Shown here: one piece after another, positions 50,827 to 61,393 of the stretch | How the letters are laid out: every line of letters begins with the position of its first letter | How positions within the stretch are numbered: the stretch's first letter is position 1 | Assembly (NCBI GenBank): GCA_949290395.1 | Contig: CASERQ010000002.1 | Coordinates: 130,727 to 194,726 of the forward strand | DNA: 64,000 nt | Reading direction: 5' to 3' | Source of the DNA: an uncultured bacterium | GTDB taxonomy: Bacteria > Bacillota_I > Bacilli_A > RFN20 > CAG-826 | The notes under the pieces: generated by a model | Told to the model about the DNA's origin: nothing | The model's input: the letters and a program-made list of their open reading frames with translations, nothing else | Database searches by the model: none | Made by a program: the position numbers and the translations under genes

Positions 50827-52683
50827 TTATATTAATGATTCGCAAGCTTCCTTTAGATAAGAGAAATCTGCAGCAACTTCCGCGGTTATATTTTCAGAAA
50901 TTTTATCAGCATTTGCTCCATTTGCATGACTTTGTCTAATATTTTCAACAAATTTCATGGCATCACCACTTTCGATTAATTCAAGTTGCTCTTCTGCTCC
51001 AAGCCAAACCGCAATATCAGTAGCTCCGGTCGCTAAAAAAGAGCCATAGGTCACCATTTCAATATCTTTTTCAGATTCTTGAGGATAGTCGCGTCTAAAA
51101 TTCATGCCTTGAACCAATCCACTCATGAATTTTTTAAAAACTTCTTCATTTGTTTTGAGCCAGTTTGTATTAACCGCCCATGTTGATGGCACATATGAAT
51201 CATATAAATGCGTATAATAAGATGCCACCTCAATGTAATCATTTTTATTTTTTAAGAGCTCTGTTGTAACTGGACAAAATGGTACGCAAAAATCATAATT
51301 TTCATTCTGCATTGTTGCCGGAATATTAACATTTCTTACAGTATCAACAAAAATTTCGTTTGCAGGTTCATATACTGATAATCCGTGAGGAATATACTGC
51401 AAATTAAAACCTTTAAACCAAATTTTGTTTGATTCATCTAAAGTCTCATTTATTTTTAAAAGTAAACTAGTGAAGAAAGAATACGCCGTTGAATTCATAT
51501 CTAATGCAACTCGAGCACCTCTTAAAGCCGAAGCTAGTTCTTCGATTGATGATTCAGTATTTAATTGTCCACCTTTTCCATCTTTCCTAGCAATTAACTT
51601 ATCATCATTTGTTAAATTATCGAGTGCAACTAAAGTAATCTTAGGATTTTCAACGAAATAGTTCCAAGCAACACCGTTGCCTAAGAATGAAACATTAATA
51701 TTTCCATTTATTAATTCTTGAACTAATGCTGGCGTGTTACCAATAGTGGTTTCAATATACAGATCTTCATCATCAAAAAATCCTTGTTGAATTGCGCTAT
51801 ATGCGGCACCCGATCCTAAATTAGCTTGCAAACCAACTTTGACTTTATAGTTAGAAATCTCGCCTTCAATTGGCTCTTGAACAATGTGAGCGACAGAAAA
51901 AAAGTAATTATCAATCAAATTAAAATCAAAAAGTGAGAATTTATCGTTTATAGCGCCATATTCATTAAATCCAATAAAATACTGATCAGTATTATTCTTT
52001 TGTGCTGTGTATGCATCATATTCATCATTATAAATCCAAGGAAAAGCTTCATCAGTAAGAACAAGATTTGCCTCTGTTTCCGAAAATATTGGAGAGATAT
52101 ATTTTCCTTCATTTATTCCACTCAAAACTTTTAAAGCCACTTTATTTCCAAACATTCCTAAAGATGCTATGTCAACTGCATCTGTATAGTCTGCTGTCGA
52201 ATTCAAAACAGATGTATCATATTCGCCATTAAAATATAAAGCTTCACTTTCTCTATCATTCCAAAAGCCAAATTTGCCTTTCTCAATTAAATTTTTATCT
52301 TCTTCTGGCAATGGTTCTTCTTCATTATAATCTTCGTTTTCGCTAAATTTAGCAGTTAAAACAATATCTTCATTAATTTTAAAAGTATAATTTGCTTTTT
52401 CACTAACTTTATTTCCATTAACGTAATATCCATCAAAATTATATTTTTCTATTTCGACATAAGATACGGCTACAGAAAGAGTCGAATTTTCTTCATAAAA
52501 TCCATTTTCAGGAGCTGCAACAATAGGTTCAAATCCTGTTGGTACTTCTAATTTAAATTCAAATTCATAACTTAACTTTTCTAAATCCATTGGAGGATAA
52601 TCCTGTGTACAAGATCCTAAAGAAAATAAGGAAATTAAGCATGATAATATTAAAATTGATTTTCTGTTTTTCATAATTGGCAC
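50827..52683 (-). CDS. lipoprotein, NMT1/TauA-like substrate-binding domain with extra N-terminal domains
   Basis: Lipobox LGSC. C-terminal AIQQGFFDDEDL..ELINGNINVSFLG and VNTNWLKTNEEVFKKF. Start 52683 or 52674. Confidence 0.75.
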   Translation of the reverse strand: MPIMKNRKSILILSCLISLFSLGSCTQDYPPMDLEKLSYEFEFKLEVPTGFEPIVAAPENGFYEENSTLSVAVSYVEIEKYNFDGYYVNGNKVSEKANYTFKINEDIVLTAKFSENEDYNEEEPLPEEDKNLIEKGKFGFWNDRESEALYFNGEYDTSVLNSTADYTDAVDIASLGMFGNKVALKVLSGINEGKYISPIFSETEANLVLTDEAFPWIYNDEYDAYTAQKNNTDQYFIGFNEYGAINDKFSLFDFNLIDNYFFSVAHIVQEPIEGEISNYKVKVGLQANLGSGAAYSAIQQGFFDDEDLYIETTIGNTPALVQELINGNINVSFLGNGVAWNYFVENPKITLVALDNLTNDDKLIARKDGKGGQLNTESSIEELASALRGARVALDMNSTAYSFFTSLLLKINETLDESNKIWFKGFNLQYIPHGLSVYEPANEIFVDTVRNVNIPATMQNENYDFCVPFCPVTTELLKNKNDYIEVASYYTHLYDSYVPSTWAVNTNWLKTNEEVFKKFMSGLVQGMNFRRDYPQESEKDIEMVTYGSFLATGATDIAVWLGAEEQLELIESGDAMKFVENIRQSHANGANADKISENITAEVAADFSYLKEACESLI

Positions 52684-52741
52684 CCTATTAAATTATAGTA
52701 GTCAAAACATCTTTAATACATAGATAAATAAATTTGCTGTC

Positions 52742-52770
52742 AAAAAAAGATCTATGCACGTAAACATAGA
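52742..52770 (-). terminator. probable terminator after the 52813-53844 gene
   Basis: TCTATG-CACGTAAA-CATAGA hairpin with an A run on the left. Confidence 0.5.
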
Positions 52771-52812
52771 CCTTCAAAATTTATATTATTAATTGTTTTT
52801 AGAGATTTTAGC

Positions 52813-53844
52813 TCAAGCCGTTAAAGAATTAAACTTATTGATGTCTCCAACTGTAAATTTTACATCGTTTGGAACAACACCAAAACCATTCTTTGAAGAG
52901 TTTGTACCTTGTACTCCTTTAATAACACCTGAGTTAAAGCCAAACTTAGCTTGGAATTTATTCGCATCACTTAATTCGCCAGATGTCATTTCATTAAATG
53001 CACTATCTAAATCAGTAAATAAAGTATTAATCCCTTCTTGAAGTAAAGAAATTGTTGATTCATAAACTTCAGGATGTTCTTCTTTAAATTCTTTTTTTAC
53101 AAATAATCCAGCTTGGCAAATATAATCTTTATTCCATTCATCTTTATGCTTTTCTTTAAAAGCTGCATTTAAGTTGATATCTAAAATGTTAGTATTTCCG
53201 TTAGCTTTTAATTTAGATTGTAAAGCAGTATTTGCAGGTTCTGCCACAACTGCCCAATCAATCTTTGTACCTGCAATTTCATAATTTTTCATTGTTAACA
53301 ATGAAGTTTGAAGTTCAGCAATACCATTGAAAGCTTGATCAAAAACCATATCAGAACCATAAATATTTCTAAAAAGAATACCTGGAGTTGATTGAGACAT
53401 GAATCCGTAAATTGTATCGTCATTTGCTGGTACATCTTCTTCAGTTTTATCAAAACCTAAAAGATGGAAATTACCACCAGTTAACATTTGAACAAATTCA
53501 TATTTAGCGTTTTCACCAGCTTTATTTAATAGTTTTTGCGCGTTTGTTGAATCAAAAACAATAAAATCTGAATTGCCGGATGAGAAATAAGCAGGAATTG
53601 TTGTTGCATCTGTTACAGTATTTGCTTCAACTTTCTCAGAAAGTAATAATTTATAAGCTGGTAAGGTTGGTGCGCCAGTTGGAGAAATCAATGAAGGAAT
53701 ATAATTATCTTCTTTTTTATCATCTTCATTTATATCAGGATCTGGACCTGGTCCAACATTTTCTTTCTCTGGTCCACACGAAACTAAACTAATAATGGAA
53801 AAAGCAAATAGAAAAATTGCTCCTTTTCTTAAAAACTTGAACAT
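52813..53844 (-). CDS. lipoprotein, NitT/TauT-type ABC substrate-binding protein
   Basis: Lipobox LVSC; SPTGAP, AVVAEP and QAGLFVKK motifs. Confidence 0.75.
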   Translation of the reverse strand: MFKFLRKGAIFLFAFSIISLVSCGPEKENVGPGPDPDINEDDKKEDNYIPSLISPTGAPTLPAYKLLLSEKVEANTVTDATTIPAYFSSGNSDFIVFDSTNAQKLLNKAGENAKYEFVQMLTGGNFHLLGFDKTEEDVPANDDTIYGFMSQSTPGILFRNIYGSDMVFDQAFNGIAELQTSLLTMKNYEIAGTKIDWAVVAEPANTALQSKLKANGNTNILDINLNAAFKEKHKDEWNKDYICQAGLFVKKEFKEEHPEVYESTISLLQEGINTLFTDLDSAFNEMTSGELSDANKFQAKFGFNSGVIKGVQGTNSSKNGFGVVPNDVKFTVGDINKFNSLTA

Positions 53845-53859
53845 TTTGATACCTTCTTT

Positions 53860-55083
53860 CTAGTCGTTAATTATATCACTAATAACTTCACCTATCATTG
53901 TATTTGCTTTTTTAAGGTTGAAGTTATCTAAAATTGTAGCGCCAATATCAGCGAAAGAATTCCTGTCCTTTAATAATTTTCCATTTTTGTAGGATTTAGA
54001 GAAGCAAATTAATGGGACTTGTTCTCTTGTATGGTCTGTTCCAGCCCATGTTGGATCGTTACCATGGTCAGCCGTTACCATAACAAGATCATCTTCTTTT
54101 AAAACATTGATTAAATCTTTAAATTCAGCATCAAAAGTTTCAATGGCTTTTCCATAGCCAATTGGATTTCTTCTATGTCCGTATTCGCTATCGAATTCAA
54201 CAAGATTAACAAAGCATAAACCTTCTTTAAATTCATCACCTTTAGCAATGGCCAATGTTTTTGCCATTCCATCACTATTAGAAGATGTATGGACAGTTTC
54301 ACTTACACCACTTCCATTAAAAATATCGTTAATCTTGCCAACACAAGAAACATCATATCCATTATCTTTTAGAATGTTCATGGCCGTAATTCCACTTGGA
54401 GAAACTGCATAGTCGTGTCTATTTGAAGTTCTCTTAAATGTATCTGCTGTTTCACCAATATAAGGTCTAGCAATAACTCGTCCAACAAACCACTCAGGTT
54501 TCATACATAATTTACGAGCAATTTCGCAGCACCTATAAAGTTCATCAAGACCTAAATATTTTTCATGGCCACAGATTTGTAAAACTGAATCGCTGCTTGT
54601 ATAAACAATTAAACTATTAGTTTTGATTTGTTCTTCTCCAAGTTCACGTAAAATTTCGGTGCCACTTGCAGCTTTATTACCAATCACTTTGTGACCAGTT
54701 TCTTTTTCAAGAGCATCAATTAAATCATTGGGAAAACCAGTATCAGTAAATGTTTTAAATGGTTTTGTAGTTAAAATACCCATCATTTCCCAGTGGCCAG
54801 TCATTGTATCTTTGCCATTACTTGATTCATTTAAGCGAGTGACGTATGAATTTGGGTGATTATTAACCACTTTAACACCCTTAATATCACAAAGTTCACC
54901 TAAACCAAGACTTTCAAGAGTTGGCAATTTTAAACCATTTTCAAAATTTTCAGAGATATGTTTCCAGGTATTAGCTCCTTTATCACTCACTCCTCCAACT
55001 TGCCCAAATTTTTCAGCATCTTTAGCGTTTCCAATTCCTACGCTATCCATAACAATAACAAATATTCTTTTAAATTTTTTCAT
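53860..55083 (-). CDS. deoB: phosphopentomutase
   Basis: VMDSVGIG, GKDTMTGHWE, YTSSDSV, TADHGNDPT and DHTRE motifs. Confidence 0.97.
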   Translation of the reverse strand: MKKFKRIFVIVMDSVGIGNAKDAEKFGQVGGVSDKGANTWKHISENFENGLKLPTLESLGLGELCDIKGVKVVNNHPNSYVTRLNESSNGKDTMTGHWEMMGILTTKPFKTFTDTGFPNDLIDALEKETGHKVIGNKAASGTEILRELGEEQIKTNSLIVYTSSDSVLQICGHEKYLGLDELYRCCEIARKLCMKPEWFVGRVIARPYIGETADTFKRTSNRHDYAVSPSGITAMNILKDNGYDVSCVGKINDIFNGSGVSETVHTSSNSDGMAKTLAIAKGDEFKEGLCFVNLVEFDSEYGHRRNPIGYGKAIETFDAEFKDLINVLKEDDLVMVTADHGNDPTWAGTDHTREQVPLICFSKSYKNGKLLKDRNSFADIGATILDNFNLKKANTMIGEVISDIIND

Positions 55084-55111
55084 ATATATCAATTCCTTTT
55101 AAAATTATAAA

Positions 55112-55996
55112 TTAGTTATCGTTCCAAAACAAATCATACGATTCGACAATAGTTTTTGGTGTAATATGAGTATAAATTTGAGTGGTTCCTACATTTGTAT
55201 GGCCAAGTAATTCTTGAACAATTCTTAAGCTTGCACCATTATCAAGAAGATGAGTCGCAAAACTATGTCTTAAAGTATGAGGATGAATTGGTTTATCAAT
55301 TTCAGCTTTTTTTGCTGCATTGACGACAATGTTATAAACTGTTTGCCTTGTTATTTTATTCCCATTTTGTCCGATGAAAACAGCATTTTTATCAATTACA
55401 AGGTGTTTATTTCTAACTTCATAAATATAAATTCTTAAAGCTTTAAGAGCTGATTCACGAATCGGAACAATTCTTTCTTTTTTGCCTTTTCCTAAAATAC
55501 GTAAGATTCTTTCTTGCTCATTAATTTGCTTAAGTTCTAAATTTACAAGTTCGCTAACTCTTAGTCCACAAGAATACATTACTTCTAAAATTGCAAAATC
55601 CCTTTTACCTATATCAGTAGTTCTGTCGGGTGCTTTTAGCAATTTTCTTACTTCTTCAACACTTAAAACTGACGGAAGAGTTTTTTCTAGTTTCGGCTTT
55701 GAAATTTCTTCTGTAAGAAGCCCCTTTTTGATGCCTTCAGATTCTAGAAAAACAAAGAAATTTTTAATTGTTGATAAGCGTCTTGATAAAGTATTTGTTG
55801 CTCTTCCGTTCATCGCTTGATCATATGTAAAATCATTTAAATCACTAGGACTTAAATCATCAACATTGCTTTTTTTAGGAAAATTAATTAAAAATTGCTT
55901 AAAATCGTCCTTATAATCAATGATTGTTTGATTAGTCAATCCTTTTTCAAAACGACAATATTGAAGAAAATTTTCAAAAGCATCAACTAGTTTCAT
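55112..55996 (-). CDS. xerD: tyrosine recombinase XerD
   Basis: GLRVSEL, GKGKKER, HPHTLRHSFATH, LLGH and TTQIYT motifs; upstream of deoB, as ripX-drm in B. subtilis. Confidence 0.9.
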   Translation of the reverse strand: MKLVDAFENFLQYCRFEKGLTNQTIIDYKDDFKQFLINFPKKSNVDDLSPSDLNDFTYDQAMNGRATNTLSRRLSTIKNFFVFLESEGIKKGLLTEEISKPKLEKTLPSVLSVEEVRKLLKAPDRTTDIGKRDFAILEVMYSCGLRVSELVNLELKQINEQERILRILGKGKKERIVPIRESALKALRIYIYEVRNKHLVIDKNAVFIGQNGNKITRQTVYNIVVNAAKKAEIDKPIHPHTLRHSFATHLLDNGASLRIVQELLGHTNVGTTQIYTHITPKTIVESYDLFWNDN

Positions 55997-57195
55997 TTCT
56001 TGTTGTCCTTTAAATCACTAAGCCTAAAAAATATAGGTTTTTTAGCTTTTCGATTTAGTTCATTTATTAAAAGAACAGTTTTATTTTCGTTTTCATGTCT
56101 TTCAAAATTATCAAAAGTCATTTGTACAACAACATCATGTTTGTCTTTTAAATTTTTAAGAGTAAAACCAATTAATCTAATTTCGTCATTATTGTAGGTT
56201 TTATCAAATAATTTTAGACCTTCTTTGTAAATTTCTTCTTTTGAATCGGTGTAATTGTCAAAACTCTTAGATACAGTCGATGTTTTAAAACCACTATCAC
56301 AATCTGCATTTTTGTAAGTTATTTGGATTGTTTTGCATAATTTTCCTGATTTTTTAAATTCATCTAACACCATATTTATTAAGTTAATTAGAAAATTGCG
56401 TATATAAAACTTATCATTAGTATCGAAATCTAATGTTCTAGTCATACCCATTGATTTAGGATCATATGGACCAACAACTATTTCATCACTGCTATTTCCT
56501 TCAAGTTCCGCTATAAGATCATCACGCATTGAACCGAAGAAATTTGATAAAGCTTCATCGTTATTTTTTAAACCAAAATATAAATCTCCTATGGTTTTAT
56601 ACCCTGCTCTTTCTATTTTTGGAGCGCTTTTTTTACCAATTCCGAATAAATCTTTAACAGGTAAGGGAAAAATTATATTTTCGATATCTTTTTTTCTAAT
56701 TATAGTAATTCCCATTGGTTTTTTATAATCAGAACCCATTTTCGCTAAAAATTTAGTAGGTGCAATACCTATTGAGCACTTTAAGCCAGTTTCATTAAAC
56801 AAACGATTTTGAAGTTCATCGAAAAAAGCTAATGGATTCGTTATTCTTTTCTTTAAAAAATAATCAGAAAAATCACAAAAACATTCATCTATCGACATTT
56901 GTTCAACTTTAAGTGTATATTTTTTAATAAAATTGATGAATTCTTTAGACATCAATTCATAATATTTATAATCACCAGGTAAAATAATCAAATTTTTTGA
57001 AAGCATTTTTGCTTGAAAAGTAGGCATTCCAGAATGAATACCATATTTTCTAGCCTCATAAGAGCATGTCGAAATAATTCCTTTTCTTCCATCGCCACCT
57101 ACAGCAACAGGTTTGCCAATCAAAGATGGGTTCTTAAGCTCTTCACACCTTACAAAGAATTGATTTAAATCTATATGGACGATTATTTTCGACAT
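55993..57195 (-). CDS. dinB: DNA polymerase IV
   Basis: HIDLNQFF, SYEARKYG, SIDE and LAKMGSD.KKP motifs. Confidence 0.95.
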   Translation of the reverse strand: MSKIIVHIDLNQFFVRCEELKNPSLIGKPVAVGGDGRKGIISTCSYEARKYGIHSGMPTFQAKMLSKNLIILPGDYKYYELMSKEFINFIKKYTLKVEQMSIDECFCDFSDYFLKKRITNPLAFFDELQNRLFNETGLKCSIGIAPTKFLAKMGSDYKKPMGITIIRKKDIENIIFPLPVKDLFGIGKKSAPKIERAGYKTIGDLYFGLKNNDEALSNFFGSMRDDLIAELEGNSSDEIVVGPYDPKSMGMTRTLDFDTNDKFYIRNFLINLINMVLDEFKKSGKLCKTIQITYKNADCDSGFKTSTVSKSFDNYTDSKEEIYKEGLKLFDKTYNNDEIRLIGFTLKNLKDKHDVVVQMTFDNFERHENENKTVLLINELNRKAKKPIFFRLSDLKDNKK

Positions 57196-57250
57196 ATTAA
57201 TACTAAAAATAAACTAATATTTCACCAATTATATACTTATAATATACTAA
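57196..57250 (-). repeat. 11-bp phased TAGT array, 5 units, filling the xseB-dinB spacer
   Basis: On the - strand: TTAGTATATTA TAAGTATATAA TTGGTGAAATA TTAGTTTATTT TTAGTATTAAT. Confidence 0.8.
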
Positions 57251-57444
57251 TCATTATTTTTTTGTATATTTTCAATCTTTTCTTTTGCATCCTTAATGGT
57301 TTGCTCAAGTTCGTTTATTAATTTAGTTCCTTCGAGATAGTATTTTAAATTATCATCCAAGTTTAAATCGCCACTATCGATTTTTCTAACTATATCTTCG
57401 AGTTTATTCATCTTTTCCTCAAAGGTCAATTCTTTCTTTTCCAT
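57247..57444 (-). CDS. xseB: exodeoxyribonuclease VII small subunit
   Basis: TFEEKMNKLEDIV..LDDNLKYYLEG pattern. Confidence 0.93.
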   Translation of the reverse strand: MEKKELTFEEKMNKLEDIVRKIDSGDLNLDDNLKYYLEGTKLINELEQTIKDAKEKIENIQKNND

Positions 57445-58649
57445 TATTCAACTCCTTTTACTTCACTGATAATATAGCCATCAGATGTCTTTACTTTTAG
57501 TTCTTCCTTAATTGAAACATCCTTAATGGACGAAACTACTTTATTGTCTTTATTAAGTAAAATAGAATATCCTTTTTTAAGCAAATTATCTGGGTTTAAG
57601 AATTCCAATGTATTCTTAATATTTTTGACTTTAGATTCTTCATAAGTAATTTTATTTTCAAGTCTAACCTTTAGTATATTTTTAAAGCCATTTAGTTTTT
57701 CTAAATAATTGTCATATGAAGAATCTAAATTTTGAAAATATTTTTTATTCTTAAAATATAAAAGCTTATTTTCTAGAGAAATAATTTTATTGTGAACTAA
57801 TGAATTTAGATAATTTCTTTCTTGTTCAAGATCATAATAAACGCTTTCGATATCAGGAACAGCAATTTCTGCAGCGCCCGTTGGTGTCGATGCATATTTA
57901 TCAGCCACTAAATCGCATAAAGTTTGATTTATTTCATGACCAACGGCACTAATAATAGGAGTTTTTAAATCATAAATGCATCTAACTAGTTCTTCATCAT
58001 CAAAAGCATTTAAATCTTCACTAGCTCCACCGCCTCTTCCAATTATTATCAAGTCATATTGCTTTTCATCAGCAATTGTTAAATTTTTAATTAAATCTTT
58101 AGCCGCGTTTTCTCCTTGAACTAAAGAATACAATATATCAACATTAGTTAAAGGAAATCTTCTTTTAATATTAAATTCAAAATCTAACGCGGCCGCACTA
58201 TTTTTGCCAGTAATAACTGCGATATGAAGTGGAAATTTAGGCAGATCCTTTTTATGTTCAATAGCAAAAATCCCTTCTTGGAAAAGTTTCTTTTTTAAAA
58301 TTTCTTTTTTAATGAAATTTTCTCCGATTCCAAAAAGAGATATTGTTTTACAAATTATTTGATAAGTTCCACTAGGTGGATATGAACTAATAGACCCATA
58401 AACTAAGACCTCATCACCGTTCTTTGGTTCAAAATCAAGAGAATATGAATCAAATTTAAACAAAACTGCATTTATGGAACATTTACTATCTTTCAAGGTA
58501 AAATAAATATGGCCAGACTTGTTTCTTCCTTTATAATTTGAAATTTCACCCTTCAAATAAATGTTCTTTAAAGTATTAGTATTATCAAATAATACTTTAA
58601 TGTAATCATTAATTTGACTAATCGAGTAATAAATTAATTCCTTTTCCAT
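57444..58649 (-). CDS. xseA: exodeoxyribonuclease VII large subunit
   Basis: GEISN, GHIYFTLKD, GRGGG, SAVGHE and TPTGAAE motifs. Confidence 0.96.
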   Translation of the reverse strand: MEKELIYYSISQINDYIKVLFDNTNTLKNIYLKGEISNYKGRNKSGHIYFTLKDSKCSINAVLFKFDSYSLDFEPKNGDEVLVYGSISSYPPSGTYQIICKTISLFGIGENFIKKEILKKKLFQEGIFAIEHKKDLPKFPLHIAVITGKNSAAALDFEFNIKRRFPLTNVDILYSLVQGENAAKDLIKNLTIADEKQYDLIIIGRGGGASEDLNAFDDEELVRCIYDLKTPIISAVGHEINQTLCDLVADKYASTPTGAAEIAVPDIESVYYDLEQERNYLNSLVHNKIISLENKLLYFKNKKYFQNLDSSYDNYLEKLNGFKNILKVRLENKITYEESKVKNIKNTLEFLNPDNLLKKGYSILLNKDNKVVSSIKDVSIKEELKVKTSDGYIISEVKGVE

Positions 58650-59067
58650 TTAAGCATTTGTCCAATATAGCATTAACAAACTTATAGTCCTTTTCACCGC
58701 CATCACCGAACTTTTTAGCAAATTTAACTGCGTTATTAATAATAACTGCTTTATCAGTTTCTAAATCTTCAATAAAATATTCAACAGCCGATGTGATTAA
58801 AATTGCTTGAATTGTTGTATTTAAACGATCAAAAGTCCAATTAATTAAAAAGCGTGAAATATATTCAATAATCTTAGATTGATTTTTTAAAGATTTAATT
58901 AAGACTTCTTTTAAATAAACATCACAATCAGCATAAGGAAGTTTACATACTTCTTCGACAGCAACCTCGAAATTAATTGGTATATTATTCTTTTCTAACA
59001 TCAAAAAAGAATACATAAGTTGAACTATAAGTTCTTGGCTCTTATTACGTGTAATTTCTTGTTCCAT
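58618..59067 (-). CDS. nusB: transcription antitermination factor NusB
   Basis: WTFDRL, IINNAV and FVNAILD motifs; upstream of xseA. Confidence 0.88.
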   Translation of the reverse strand: MEQEITRNKSQELIVQLMYSFLMLEKNNIPINFEVAVEEVCKLPYADCDVYLKEVLIKSLKNQSKIIEYISRFLINWTFDRLNTTIQAILITSAVEYFIEDLETDKAVIINNAVKFAKKFGDGGEKDYKFVNAILDKCLNGKGINLLLD

Positions 59068-59071
59068 TCTT

Positions 59072-59392
59072 TTAAGCTTTCTTTTCTACTAATTTAACAG
59101 ATACTTCATATGGAATTGAATCACACATAAAGTTCATAACATTTCCCAAATGTTCTAAAAATTGTTGTTTAGCTTCATCCTTATTAGCATTATTTGCAAG
59201 TTTAGAAGTAAGTTTAAATGTAGCAATCTTACCATTATTTTTAGTCGAAACTAAAATATCGGTATCTTTATCAACTTCAATAAGATCACATTTATCCAAG
59301 GCTTTCTCAGCAAGAAATTTAAAAACTTTTGTAGAGATTCCTAAACGAACTGAAGATTTTCTAATATTGTTTACAAAAACATATTTAGTCAT
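59072..59392 (-). CDS. hypothetical protein, possibly Asp23/Gls24-like
   Basis: Position upstream of nusB and LGISTKVF pattern; similarity is weak. Confidence 0.5.
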   Translation of the reverse strand: MTKYVFVNNIRKSSVRLGISTKVFKFLAEKALDKCDLIEVDKDTDILVSTKNNGKIATFKLTSKLANNANKDEAKQQFLEHLGNVMNFMCDSIPYEVSVKLVEKKA

Positions 59393-59404
59393 ACTTTTTT
59401 CTCC

Positions 59405-61393
59405 TTAAAGCATTAAATTTTCGACTTCTCTAGCAATTTTTCTAGCTGTAAAGCCAAAATTATTAATTACGTCATCAGCTTTCTCACTTAAACCAAATTC
59501 ATCAATACCAATAACGTTTTTAGCATATTTATGTAAGCCATAAGTTGTGCTCATTTCAATAAAGACTCTCTTTTCGTATCTATCACCTAAAACTTTAAAT
59601 TGATATTCTTTGCTTTGATTATCAAAAAGTTCTGTTGAAGGCATAGAAACCACTCTTATACTATAACCTTTATCTTCTAAAATCTTTTTAACTTCAAGAG
59701 CTAAAGAAACTTCGCTTCCTGAAGCAATAAGTGTGAAATTAAGATTTCTCTTAGCTTCTTTTCCGACTATATAACCACCTTTTTTAGCTAATTCAGTATC
59801 ACTTTCATCTAATAAAGGTAAATCTTGTCTTGAAAGAATGATTGCAGATGGTGTTGTTAAGCTTGAGAAAGCAACTTGATAAGCAGCAAATACTTCACGA
59901 GCATCAGCAGGTCTAAAGACATTTAAATTTGGAATAGAACGAAGCATTGCAAGTTGTTCAATTGGTTGATGTGTTGGACCATCTTCTCCAACCGCAATTG
60001 AATCGTGACTGAATAAATAAATATTAGGCAACTTTTCTAATGCACTCATTCTAATTGCGGCCTTACAGTAATCTGCAAATACCATGAATGAACCAACATA
60101 TGGTCTTAAACCACCATGGAGTAAAATACCATTTGCTGCACTAGACATGAAGAATTCTCTAATTCCCCAATTAATGTTTTTGCCATTTCTATTTTTAGGT
60201 GTCCAATCGCCACCTTCTTTTAAAGCAGTTTTAACACTTCCTGCAACGTCGGCTGATCCACCAAATGTATTAGGTAATAATTTTGCAAATAAGTTAAGAA
60301 TTTCTCCTGAAATATTTCTTGTTGAGTTTTTCTTTAAAATTGATTCTGGTAAAGGAATATTCTTTATGTAAGAAGAAACATCATTTGTACTTAATTGCAT
60401 GACTTCTTTAAATAAACTAGTGTTAGTTCTTTGAAGTTTATTTAATTCGTTTTGATACTCGGTGTAAGCATCTTCGCCTCTTTTAATGAAGGTACTTTTG
60501 AAATTTTCGTAAACTTCACTAGGAATTTCAAATGGTGGGTAATCATAACCATAAGAAAGTTTTGTATTTCTACCATCTTCTTCACCAAGAGGTGCACCGT
60601 GAACCTTTGAAGTTCCTTCGTTTTTTGAACCTAAGCCAATAATAGTATTAAAAATAACAACAGTTGGTGCATTTTTAAACTTTTTAGCATAAGCAATTGC
60701 TTTTTTAATTTTTCTATAGGAATTTCCTTTTTTGCAGTAAACAACATTCCAGTTTGCTGCAAGGAATCTATTAATAACATCTTCATCACTAGATTGTGAT
60801 AATGGACCATCCAAAGTAACATTGTTTTTATCATAAAGAAGGATGAGTTTATTTAGCTTATTTAAACCAGCAAAAGAGATAGCTTCTTGCGAAATCCCTT
60901 CTTCCAAACATCCGTCTCCACATAAGCAATATGTATAGTGATTATAAATATTTTTACCATACATAGCTTGAAGTTTAGTTTCTGCCATCGCCATACCAAC
61001 AGCTTGAGCAATTCCTTGTCCTAAAGGCCCGCTTCCTGCATCAATTCCATCTGTTAGTCCGTATTCTGGATGTCCTGGAGTTAAAGAATTGAATTGTCTA
61101 AAAGATTTTAAGTCATCGATTTTAACGTTATATCCACAAAGATGAAGAATTGTGTAATATAACATGCTTCCATGACCACAACTCATTACAAAACGATCTC
61201 TATTGATCCATTTTGATTGATATGGGTTAGAAACTAAATAATCTTTAAAAAGAGTATAGACAATTGGTGCTGCGCTAATACACATACCAGGATGCCCGCT
61301 TTTAGCTTTGTTAATTCCATCAATACAAGTAGCTCTTATTGCAGCTATTGAAAGGTCATCGATATTTTTAAAATTATTAACTTTTTTAGTCAT
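59405..61393 (-). CDS. tkt: transketolase
   Basis: SGHPG, TPGHPE, GPLGQG, GDGCLEEG and GEDGPTHQPIE motifs. Confidence 0.98.
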   Translation of the reverse strand: MTKKVNNFKNIDDLSIAAIRATCIDGINKAKSGHPGMCISAAPIVYTLFKDYLVSNPYQSKWINRDRFVMSCGHGSMLYYTILHLCGYNVKIDDLKSFRQFNSLTPGHPEYGLTDGIDAGSGPLGQGIAQAVGMAMAETKLQAMYGKNIYNHYTYCLCGDGCLEEGISQEAISFAGLNKLNKLILLYDKNNVTLDGPLSQSSDEDVINRFLAANWNVVYCKKGNSYRKIKKAIAYAKKFKNAPTVVIFNTIIGLGSKNEGTSKVHGAPLGEEDGRNTKLSYGYDYPPFEIPSEVYENFKSTFIKRGEDAYTEYQNELNKLQRTNTSLFKEVMQLSTNDVSSYIKNIPLPESILKKNSTRNISGEILNLFAKLLPNTFGGSADVAGSVKTALKEGGDWTPKNRNGKNINWGIREFFMSSAANGILLHGGLRPYVGSFMVFADYCKAAIRMSALEKLPNIYLFSHDSIAVGEDGPTHQPIEQLAMLRSIPNLNVFRPADAREVFAAYQVAFSSLTTPSAIILSRQDLPLLDESDTELAKKGGYIVGKEAKRNLNFTLIASGSEVSLALEVKKILEDKGYSIRVVSMPSTELFDNQSKEYQFKVLGDRYEKRVFIEMSTTYGLHKYAKNVIGIDEFGLSEKADDVINNFGFTARKIAREVENLML

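Noticed and set aside
55112..55996. Tyrosine recombinase as a phage or ICE integrase
   Set aside because: Length, motifs and xerD-deoB synteny indicate chromosomal XerD; no att sites or cargo genes were seen.
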